In this document: piece by piece, positions 56,574-64,000 of the stretch
Numbering within the stretch: position 1 is the first letter of the stretch
Layout: each line of letters starts with the position of its first letter
NCBI GenBank assembly: GCA_963748525.1
Contig: CAVVJJ010000005.1
Span: forward strand, 8,026-72,025
Direction of reading: 5' to 3'
Length of the DNA: 64,000 nucleotides
From: an uncultured Alphaproteobacteria bacterium
GTDB taxonomy: Bacteria > Pseudomonadota > Alphaproteobacteria > Rhizobiales > Rhodomicrobiaceae
Program-made: the position numbers and the translations under genes
The notes under the pieces: model-generated
What the model was told of the DNA's origin: nothing
The model's input: only the letters and a program-made list of their open reading frames with translations
Databases searched by the model: none

Positions 56574-56850
56574 CGCCGCTTGCCACTTGCGTCCGCTTCG
56601 GCGCCCTTCGGGGCTACGAGCGCCGCGAGCGCGGCCAAGGCGAGAAGCGTCGAGATGATCGTCTGGTCGGTCATGGAGTCGCCCTTCAGGTTTGACCTCA
56701 AGCATAACGCTTCGAAAGCGGCTGCGTTCCACCGGGGCGCGGCATTTCTTCAACGAAATTCTGTTGAACAGGCGGCGGCGCATTTGCTAAGCGCTTGGCT
56801 TGGCCTGCGCCCAAGGCGGGCTGCAACGCCCGAGCTCGCGGAGGAACACG

Positions 56851-57396
56851 ATGAGCGCCGACAATCTCGATCTGAAGAGCCTGGTCCGCACGATCCCGGA
56901 CTACCCCAAGGCCGGCATCATGTTCCGGGACATCACGACGCTGATCGGCCATGCCGAGGGCTTTCGCGCGTCGGTTCGCAGGCTCGCCGCTCCGTTCGAG
57001 GGGCTGAAGGTGGACGCGGTCGCCGGCATCGAGGCGCGCGGCTTCATCATGGGCGGCGCGGTGGCCGACAAGCTCGGCACGGGCTTCGTGCCGATCCGCA
57101 AGAAGGGCAAGCTGCCCTGGCGCGCCGTCGGCCAGGATTACAAGCTCGAATACGGCACCGACATTATCGAGATGCACGAGGACGCCATCCAGCCCGGCGA
57201 GCGCGTGCTCATCGTGGACGACCTGATCGCGACGGGCGGCACCGCGGAGGCGGCCGTGAAGCTCATCCGGCGCCTCGGCGGCGAGGTGGTTGGCGCGGCC
57301 TTCGTCATCGACCTGCCCGAGCTTGGCGGCATGAGGCGCCTTGAGGCGGATCATAGCGTCCGCTCGCATGCGCTGATCGCCTTCGACGGACACTGA
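56851..57396 (+). CDS. apt: Adenine phosphoribosyltransferase
   Basis: Reads [17 protein letters not shown]...[14 protein letters not shown]. Confidence 0.95.
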   Translation: MSADNLDLKSLVRTIPDYPKAGIMFRDITTLIGHAEGFRASVRRLAAPFEGLKVDAVAGIEARGFIMGGAVADKLGTGFVPIRKKGKLPWRAVGQDYKLEYGTDIIEMHEDAIQPGERVLIVDDLIATGGTAEAAVKLIRRLGGEVVGAAFVIDLPELGGMRRLEADHSVRSHALIAFDGH

Positions 57397-57482
57397 GCAC
57401 GTGCCGGGCGAGGCTGCGCCCAGCCTGCTTGCCGCCGCTTCATCAGTCACGAGGGCCACCCCGGCCAGCCAGCGGATAGGTC

Positions 57483-58451
57483 TTAGTCCTTGAGCGACGC
57501 TCCGAGCGCATCGAGGAGATGCCCCGTCCCTTGTTCCCGGGAGCCGGCATCGTCGTAGCCGTCGAGGAAAGCGCCCTGCTCGGTAAGCGTGAAGACCGTC
57601 TTTCCGCCGTCAGCTTTCAGCTGCACGGTCGCGAGCGAGACTGATATCTTCTTTTCATCGAGGTGCATGACATAGCTATAAACCAGCCGCTCATTCGGAA
57701 TCGCGTCCAGATAGGCAGCCTCGAAGGTGGAGACGACCCCGCCTTCCCACCGCCCCTTCAACCGCTCGCTTCCGCCAACGCGGACATCCATGTGACGCTC
57801 AAGCAATTCCCAGCGATCCGGGGCGCCGCCAAACCACTTTTGCTTCGCCGCTTCATCCGTTAGCGCCTTCCAGACCCGTGCGACCGGCGCGTCATAGATG
57901 CGCTCCAGATGGAATGTTGCATGAACCGCCGAACGGACGCTTGTCCCAGAGGCGCCGGACATGCGCAGAGCTTCCTTCTCCAGCCTGTCGAGGGTGGTGC
58001 GCCATCCTTCAGGCGCGCCCGCCACCATAGGCGCGGCGCTCGACGGCTCGATGAGAGTGTATGTTTGCACAATATCCAGTTGAGTACCGCCAAGCGCGTC
58101 GGAAAAGTCCACCTCGGTGTAGGCTCGGAACAGCGGCGCGCCTGCGTCATTCGTTGCAACCATATCGATTACAAGCCTGGCATGCGGCGTTACTTCAACG
58201 AATGTCCCGCGCGTCCAGTGCTCTTGCCCGGCTGGCGAGCGCATGCAGACCTCGAACGCGCCGCCAACCTGCATCTGCACCGTGGCCTCCGGTACCGTGT
58301 AGGTCTCCGGGCTGAACCAGCTTTTTACGTGATCGGCGGCGCCCCAGGCCTCGAACACCGTCCGGCGTTGCGCGTGGATGATACGCGAGAGCTTAAGCGG
58401 AGGAGGTTGCTGCACGTCCTGGTCGTTTCGCGCCTCAGTCCCCCTACCCAT
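57483..58451 (-). CDS. Tandem SRPBCC (AHSA1/START-like) domain protein
   Basis: Two repeats begin LSRIIHAQRRTVFEAWGAADHVKSWFSPE and LERIYDAPVARVWKALTDEAAKQKWFG. Confidence 0.75.
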   Translation of the reverse strand: MGRGTEARNDQDVQQPPPLKLSRIIHAQRRTVFEAWGAADHVKSWFSPETYTVPEATVQMQVGGAFEVCMRSPAGQEHWTRGTFVEVTPHARLVIDMVATNDAGAPLFRAYTEVDFSDALGGTQLDIVQTYTLIEPSSAAPMVAGAPEGWRTTLDRLEKEALRMSGASGTSVRSAVHATFHLERIYDAPVARVWKALTDEAAKQKWFGGAPDRWELLERHMDVRVGGSERLKGRWEGGVVSTFEAAYLDAIPNERLVYSYVMHLDEKKISVSLATVQLKADGGKTVFTLTEQGAFLDGYDDAGSREQGTGHLLDALGASLKD

Positions 58452-58491
58452 CGACGTCTCCTTTGTTCTCAACGCTTTATCAGATGGGCGC

Positions 58492-60042
58492 TCAACCGGC
58501 AACGCCGGCGTGATCGGCGAGGCGCGCAAGGCTTTCGTTGCGGCCGAGCACGTGCAGCACGTCGAAGATCGGCGGGGAGGTTGGGCGTCCGGTGAGCGCG
58601 GCGCGCAAGGGCTGGGCGACGCCGCCGAGCTTCGCGCCGGCCTCCTCGGCATAGGCGCGGGTCGCGGCTTCGAGGGCGGCGGGCGTCCACTCAGCGAGCG
58701 CCGCAAAGCGCGCGTGCAGCTCTGCGAGATGCTTCTTCGCGTCGCCTTCGAGCAGCTTCGCGGCCTTCTCGTCCACATCGAGCGGGCGCGCGACGAACAG
58801 ATAGCGCGCGGACGTGATCAGCTCGACCAGCGTCCTGGCGCGCTCCTTCAGCCCCGGCATCGCCTGTTCAAGCTTCTGCCAGCCTGCCTCGCCGATGCGG
58901 CCGGCAAACTCCCGCGCCGCCTCGATCTCGGGCAGGATGCGGCGGATTTGCGCCACAAGCTCCGCGTCCGGCGTGTTGCGAATGTAATGGCCGTTCAGGT
59001 TTTCGAGCTTGGCGAAGTCGAAGCGCGAGGGCGAGCGGCCGATGGCGTCGAGGTCGAACCATTCGATGGCCTGTTCGGTCGAGAAAATCTCGTCGTCGCC
59101 ATGGCTCCAGCCGAGCCGCGCGAGATAGTTGCGCATCGCGGCTGGCAGATAGCCCATGGCGCGATAGGCCTCGACGCCGAGCGCGCCGTGCCGCTTCGAA
59201 AGCTTCGCGCCATCCGGCCCGTGGATCAGCGGGATGTGCGAGAATGAGGGAATGTCCCAGCCCATCGCGTTGTAGATCTGCGTTTGCCGAGCGGCGTTGG
59301 TGAGGTGATCGTCGCCGCGAATGATATGCGTGACGCCCATGTCATGATCGTCCACAACCACGGCGAGCATGTAAGTCGGCGTGCCATCCGAGCGGAGCAG
59401 CACCATGTCGTCGAGGTCCTTGTTCGCCCACGCGACGCGGCCCTGCACCTCGTCTTCAACGGCCGTCTCTCCTTCCGTAGGGGCGCGAAGCCTGATGACG
59501 AAAGGGGCGTCTTTCGAAGGCGGTTTCATCGTTCCGTCCCGATAAGGAGACCGAAGAACTCCCATCTTCGCGGCCGCCTCTCCTTGCAAGAGAGCGATGC
59601 GCTCGCGCAGAACCCGCGTCTGGCTTTCGCTCGCGTTTTTTCCCAGCTTTTCGAGTTCGGCCCTGGCGGTCGCGAGCGCCTTTCTGGCCTCGTCCGCAGC
59701 CGCCCGCCGCGCCTCAAGCTCTTCCGGCGTCACATAGCAGCGGAAGGCTTGGCCCTGCGCAAGCATCTCACGCGCCACTTCGGCGTGCCGGCCAGCCATC
59801 GCGAACTGGTGGAAAACCTCGCCCTCCCAGTCGAGTTCGAGCCATTTCAGCCCGTCGATGATGGCGGCGATGGCGGCCTCGGTCGAGCGCGCGCGGTCTG
59901 TATCCTCGATGCGCAGCAGGAACCTGCCGCCCGTATGGCGCGCGTAGAGCCAGTTGAACAGCGCGGTGCGCGCGCCGCCGATATGCAAATAGCCGGTGGG
60001 AGAGGGAGCAAAGCGTGTGACCACGCCCGTTTGCGACGCCAT
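58492..60042 (-). CDS. gltX: Glutamate--tRNA ligase
   Basis: Reads [26 protein letters not shown] (HIGH) ... GAKLSKRHG (KMSKS). 516 aa, with a coiled-coil-like insertion. Confidence 0.95.
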   Translation of the reverse strand: MASQTGVVTRFAPSPTGYLHIGGARTALFNWLYARHTGGRFLLRIEDTDRARSTEAAIAAIIDGLKWLELDWEGEVFHQFAMAGRHAEVAREMLAQGQAFRCYVTPEELEARRAAADEARKALATARAELEKLGKNASESQTRVLRERIALLQGEAAAKMGVLRSPYRDGTMKPPSKDAPFVIRLRAPTEGETAVEDEVQGRVAWANKDLDDMVLLRSDGTPTYMLAVVVDDHDMGVTHIIRGDDHLTNAARQTQIYNAMGWDIPSFSHIPLIHGPDGAKLSKRHGALGVEAYRAMGYLPAAMRNYLARLGWSHGDDEIFSTEQAIEWFDLDAIGRSPSRFDFAKLENLNGHYIRNTPDAELVAQIRRILPEIEAAREFAGRIGEAGWQKLEQAMPGLKERARTLVELITSARYLFVARPLDVDEKAAKLLEGDAKKHLAELHARFAALAEWTPAALEAATRAYAEEAGAKLGGVAQPLRAALTGRPTSPPIFDVLHVLGRNESLARLADHAGVAG

Positions 60043-60115
60043 GGCGCTTCTAATTCCTGTATGGACTTTTTCCTTGGGCAGCGGTGTAACATGGCGTTTT
60101 GGCAAATGGTAGCGG

Positions 60116-62341
60116 GTGGCGGCGTTGAGCGTAATCGTTCCGGCTGGCTTGGAAGCGCCAAGGCGCGGCGGAAGCGTCGCGCGTGCGCTAGGCTGGCCGG
60201 GCCGCGCGCTTGCGGCGCAACTCGACGCCGAGCAGGGGCGCTGGTTTCTTTGGGTTCCGGTCTTCTTCGGCGGCGGCGTGGCGCTATACTTCGCGCTGCC
60301 CGAGGAGCCCGATCTGTCGCTTTCGCTCGGCCTGTTCGTCGCCGCGCTCGCCGTCCGCGCGCTGGCGCGGTCCCATCTCTTCGCCTTTCTGGTGACGAGC
60401 GTGCTTCTGTGCGTAAGCGCGGGCTTTCTTGCTGCGAAGGTGCGCACCGCCGTGGTCGCCGAGCCGGTGCTGGAACGGCATGGCGCCTACGATATCGAAG
60501 GCTTCATCGAGAGCTTCGAGCGCCAGACGCCGAAGCGCGGACGCGCAATCATCCGGCTTTCCAGCATGAAATACGACAACGCGGACGTCGCGCAGAAGCC
60601 GTTTCGCGTGCGCGTCAGCCTTCGGGGCGACGTGAGCCTGCGGGCGGGCGACGCCGTCAAGGTTCGCGCGCTTCTGGGGCCGCCGCCGGAGCCCGTCATG
60701 CCGGGCGGCTACGATTTCGCCCGTGCGAGCTTTTTCCAGGCGGTCGGCGCCTCGGGCTACTCGTTGTCCAGGCCGGAGCGGATCGAGGGCCGCGAGTTGC
60801 CCTTCGACATGAAGTTCCGGACGCGGCTCGCGGATCTGCGCGCGAGCATCGGCGAGCGGATCGACGCCGTGCTGCCGGGCCAGACGGGCGAGATCGCCGC
60901 GGCATTGACCGTCGGCCAGACGGCGGGTCTCGACGACAGCTCGATGAACGACCTGCGCGGCTCGGGGCTCGCGCATGTGATTTCCATTTCCGGCCTGCAT
61001 ATGTCGCTCGTCGCGGGCGCCGTGTTCTGGTTTCTGCGCTGGTTGCTCGCCCTGTTTCCGTTCATCGCGCTTCGCTTCTCGGCGCGCGCGCTGGCGGGCG
61101 GCGCGGCGCTCTTATGCGTGACGGTCTATCTTGCGCTGTCCGGCGCGGCGATTGCGGCGGTGCGCTCTTACCTCATGATCGTCGTCGTTTTCCTGGCGAT
61201 CCTTCTGAACCGGCCCGCGCTATCCTTGCGCAACGTGGCGCTGGCGGGACTTCTGATTCTGATTGTGCTGCCGGACAGCCTGATCGACATCAGCTTCCAG
61301 ATGTCGTTCGCCGCCACCGCCGCCCTCATCGCGGGCTATGAGCGGTTCGGCCGCTATCTGCATTTCGATGCGAAAAGCGTGCGCGAAAGGCTAACCTGGC
61401 AGCCCGTCTACGTGGTTGGCGGCGTGCTGGTCACGACCGCCACGGCGGGGCTCGCCGTCGAGCCGTTCTCCGCCTACCATTTCCACAATCTCACAAGCTA
61501 CGCAGCGATCGGCAACTTGCTCGGCGGTCCGCCTATCGACTTCCTCGTCATGCCGGCGATGGTGATTGCGCTGATCGCCATGCCCTTCGGGCTGGACGAA
61601 TGGCCGCTCAGGCTGATGGGCTGGGGCATCGACGCCATGATGGCGATCGCCAAATGGGTTGCCTCTTTTCCCGGCGCGCTGATCGCCGTGCCGGCCTTTC
61701 CCTTCGCGGCGCTCTTCGTCATCGTGGCGGGCGGGCTTTGGCTCATCGCCTGGCGTCGGCCGTGGCGGTTGTTCGGCCTCGCCATCATCGGCGCCGGCGT
61801 GGCGATAACATCGTTTCACGACAAGCCCGACATCCTCGTCGACCGCGAGGCGAAAGTCGTGGCGGTGCGCGACGTCCAGGGCAAACTCCAAGGGCCGAAA
61901 TCGAGAAAGGGCGCCTATGCGCTCGGCCAGTGGCTTCGGGCGGACGGCGACGGGCGCAAGCCGAAGGACGCGTCAGCCGGAGCTGGCTGGCAGTGCGACG
62001 CCTATAGCTGCCTCGCGCAGATCAAGGGCCAGCTCGTGAGCTTCATCGCGAAGCCCGACGCCATCCGGGACGATTGCCAGCGCGCCGCGATCCTGGTCGC
62101 TCCGATGGACATCCGGGTCCCCTGCCCGGCGCCGAAAATCATCCTGGACCGCGGCGCGCTTTGGGAGAAGGGCGCCGCCGCAATCTCGATCACCGATGCT
62201 GGGCCGGCCGTCGCCGTGGCGGCGGACAGCCGGGGCGTGCGTCCGTGGGCGCCGCTGCGCCGCCGGCGCGAAGTCATTGCTCCCTGGGCCGAGAGCGGCG
62301 CCTCCGACGAGGACAAGCTGCCCGAGGAAGAGCGCCAGTAA
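60116..62341 (+). CDS. comEC: ComEC/Rec2-family DNA internalisation protein
   Basis: Polytopic membrane protein with [25 protein letters not shown] start, uncertain. Confidence 0.85.
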   Translation: MAALSVIVPAGLEAPRRGGSVARALGWPGRALAAQLDAEQGRWFLWVPVFFGGGVALYFALPEEPDLSLSLGLFVAALAVRALARSHLFAFLVTSVLLCVSAGFLAAKVRTAVVAEPVLERHGAYDIEGFIESFERQTPKRGRAIIRLSSMKYDNADVAQKPFRVRVSLRGDVSLRAGDAVKVRALLGPPPEPVMPGGYDFARASFFQAVGASGYSLSRPERIEGRELPFDMKFRTRLADLRASIGERIDAVLPGQTGEIAAALTVGQTAGLDDSSMNDLRGSGLAHVISISGLHMSLVAGAVFWFLRWLLALFPFIALRFSARALAGGAALLCVTVYLALSGAAIAAVRSYLMIVVVFLAILLNRPALSLRNVALAGLLILIVLPDSLIDISFQMSFAATAALIAGYERFGRYLHFDAKSVRERLTWQPVYVVGGVLVTTATAGLAVEPFSAYHFHNLTSYAAIGNLLGGPPIDFLVMPAMVIALIAMPFGLDEWPLRLMGWGIDAMMAIAKWVASFPGALIAVPAFPFAALFVIVAGGLWLIAWRRPWRLFGLAIIGAGVAITSFHDKPDILVDREAKVVAVRDVQGKLQGPKSRKGAYALGQWLRADGDGRKPKDASAGAGWQCDAYSCLAQIKGQLVSFIAKPDAIRDDCQRAAILVAPMDIRVPCPAPKIILDRGALWEKGAAAISITDAGPAVAVAADSRGVRPWAPLRRRREVIAPWAESGASDEDKLPEEERQ

Positions 62342-62467
62342 TCTCTGCGCCGCTTGCGCTCGAAACTTGCTCGCGCTCTTGGCGCATGCGCTCCTCTCAA
62401 TTCACGAATCGGGATGGAACCCTTCCTCATCGCGTCGCTTAGCGCGCGGCCTTAAGCTTAACTAGCC

Positions 62468-62554
62468 AGTTTTCAACACAATTCTCTATTATGTTTTGAT
62501 AGCAACTCACCGTCCTTTTGGACGAGTGTTTCAACAAAAATTCTATAATTTTTT
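62468..62554. repeat. Two imperfect direct repeats containing TTTCAAC(A) in the AT-rich leader upstream of the methyltransferase gene
   Basis: agttttcaacacaattctctattatgtttt (62468..62497) and gtgtttcaacaaaaattctataatttttt (62526..62554). A third tttttcaacgggg motif lies at about 62697. Confidence 0.5.
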
Positions 62555-62716
62555 GAAGAAAATATCAATTTATTCGATAAGGTGCTTTTACCAATTAGGA
62601 GATATTTGATCCCTAGCGCGTAGGGAAATTTTACACTAGAAAATTAATTGGCCGCCTGACATGACGCGGGGAGAAGTCTTCTGTCCACTGGCGAAAGTTT
62701 TTCAACGGGGAGGAAA

Positions 62717-63523
62717 ATGTTCAATCCATTCGGAAAGGTTCTTGGCGGATACAGCCAATCTGACGGCACGATTGATTTCTACGGCCGTATCAATTCCGTG
62801 TTGAAACCTGAATTCAAGATTCTTGATTTGGGAGCGGGAAGGGCAGCCTGGTATGAAGACGACGATGTCGAATACAGAAGGTCCCTGCGCCAGTTGAAGG
62901 GCAAGGTCGCGGAGGTCATAGCCGCAGATATCGATCCTATCGTCAAGGAAAACAGGGCGTCGGACAGGCAGATTGTCATAGGGGACCGTTCAATCCCCCT
63001 GCGAGACAATTCAATCGACCTGATTGTTGCTGATTACGTCCTCGAACATATCGATGACGTTGACCAGTTCAAGAAAGAAGTGGATAGGATCTTGAAGGTG
63101 GGCGGGTATTTTTGCGCCAGAACGCCGCATAAATTTCATTATGTGAGCATGGCGGCGAGGGCGGTGAACAATAACAATCACCCGGCGTGGCTGCGAAGCA
63201 TTCAACCGGGCCGGAAATCGATTGATGTATTCCCAACCCAATATAAGCTGAATACCTTTTCGGCGGTTCGCGCCGTTTTTGATGACTATGACGATTTTTC
63301 ATTCCTCTACAGAGCGGACCCATCTTATTTTTTTGGGAATAAATATATATTCAATTTTCTTGCGATGACGCACCGCTTGATGCCCGCGTTCTTCAGCGGA
63401 AATTTATTCATATTCTTGCGAAAAAAGGCGGACCGATCAATTCCCGCGCGCCAGGATTTCAAAGGCGAAGTCAGTGCGCCGAGGCCCGCAAACCGCGAGG
63501 TTCAGTTGGAGGAAATCTGCTAA
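62717..63523 (+). CDS. Class I SAM-dependent methyltransferase (AT-rich, probably acquired)
   Basis: Motif I ILDLGAGRAAW, then DLIVADYVLEHIDDVDQFKKEVDRILKVGGYF. Confidence 0.8.
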   Translation: MFNPFGKVLGGYSQSDGTIDFYGRINSVLKPEFKILDLGAGRAAWYEDDDVEYRRSLRQLKGKVAEVIAADIDPIVKENRASDRQIVIGDRSIPLRDNSIDLIVADYVLEHIDDVDQFKKEVDRILKVGGYFCARTPHKFHYVSMAARAVNNNNHPAWLRSIQPGRKSIDVFPTQYKLNTFSAVRAVFDDYDDFSFLYRADPSYFFGNKYIFNFLAMTHRLMPAFFSGNLFIFLRKKADRSIPARQDFKGEVSAPRPANREVQLEEIC

Positions 63524-63618
63524 CAACTGTTACAAATTAAGAGGAATTGCGGAAACGCTTTTATCATACTATCCAAGGCTGTAAGAACAATTCGTGCTTC
63601 GCCAATTGGGGGGCAGCC

Positions 63619-63891
63619 ATGCATCGAACTCGCGGGGAGTTCGTGTTGCGTGATGAGTTCAAAACTGAAAGGCCGCGCCGCTTAAGGCAAATGGCCGCTT
63701 GCTTCATCGCTGTCGGGATGTGCGCCGGCTTGGGCGCCTGCGCGGAGGACGCCGACTACCCAAGCCTTGCGAAGATCGAGGACGTCGGGACCGTGCTGAC
63801 GCCGGAGGAGCGCCAGAAGGCTTTGGCGGAACTGCAGAAGCTAGATCAGGCCCACAGCGCAGGCACGGTCAATTCCGGCTCGCGGCAGTAA
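63619..63891 (+). CDS. Putative lipoprotein
   Basis: Lipobox-like FIAVGMCAGLGAC. The start is uncertain (63619 or the later MAAC). Confidence 0.5.
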   Translation: MHRTRGEFVLRDEFKTERPRRLRQMAACFIAVGMCAGLGACAEDADYPSLAKIEDVGTVLTPEERQKALAELQKLDQAHSAGTVNSGSRQ

Positions 63892-64000
63892 AGCCCCCCA
63901 AGGATCGGTTGAAGCCCTTCCGCTGTCTTTTTCATTGGCGCTCGCATTCGCGCCCTTGGCCGCTCCGGTTTCCTCATGAAATTGGCTTGTGCAGATGGTT

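Overview
High-GC chromosomal window that looks alphaproteobacterial, probably Hyphomicrobiales-like. This is inferred from a GTTC-N7-GTTC SOS box at lexA, hpnI-hpnJ hopanoid genes, phaC, and the gene order trpE ... trpG-trpD-trpC-moaC-moeA-lexA. From about 18.5 kb to 64 kb the window holds mostly intact core and accessory genes: a LysR-controlled detox operon, an ECF sigma module, a PQQ dehydrogenase, hpnIJ, recG, phaC, lexA, moeA, moaC, trpCDGE, a ppiD-like gene, tpiA, secG, pyrG, kdsA, a trmJ-like gene, tspO, apt, gltX and comEC. Positions 1 to 18.4 kb are a decayed mobile/defence island. It contains a frameshifted hsdR and an integrase-less integrated element with an XRE + ImmA switch, a Toprim primase and a multiply frameshifted P-loop ATPase. 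It also holds an IS1182-family IS with 35-bp imperfect inverted repeats, gene remnants (VIT-domain, rfbB, Hsp70-like), a 5'-truncated TPR-CHAT protease and a BrnT/BrnA pair. Embedded in this debris is a visibly AT-rich islet of about 3 kb (about 11.5-14.4 kb) with three intact genes: a RelA/SpoT-fold nucleotidyltransferase with a long helical C-terminal domain, a SLATT-like two-TM protein and a small two-TM protein. I consider this islet the best candidate for an undescribed conflict/defence system. All calls come from reading the supplied ORF translations and hand-translating selected stretches. No database search, HMM or GC calculation was run, and family names are from memory of motifs.
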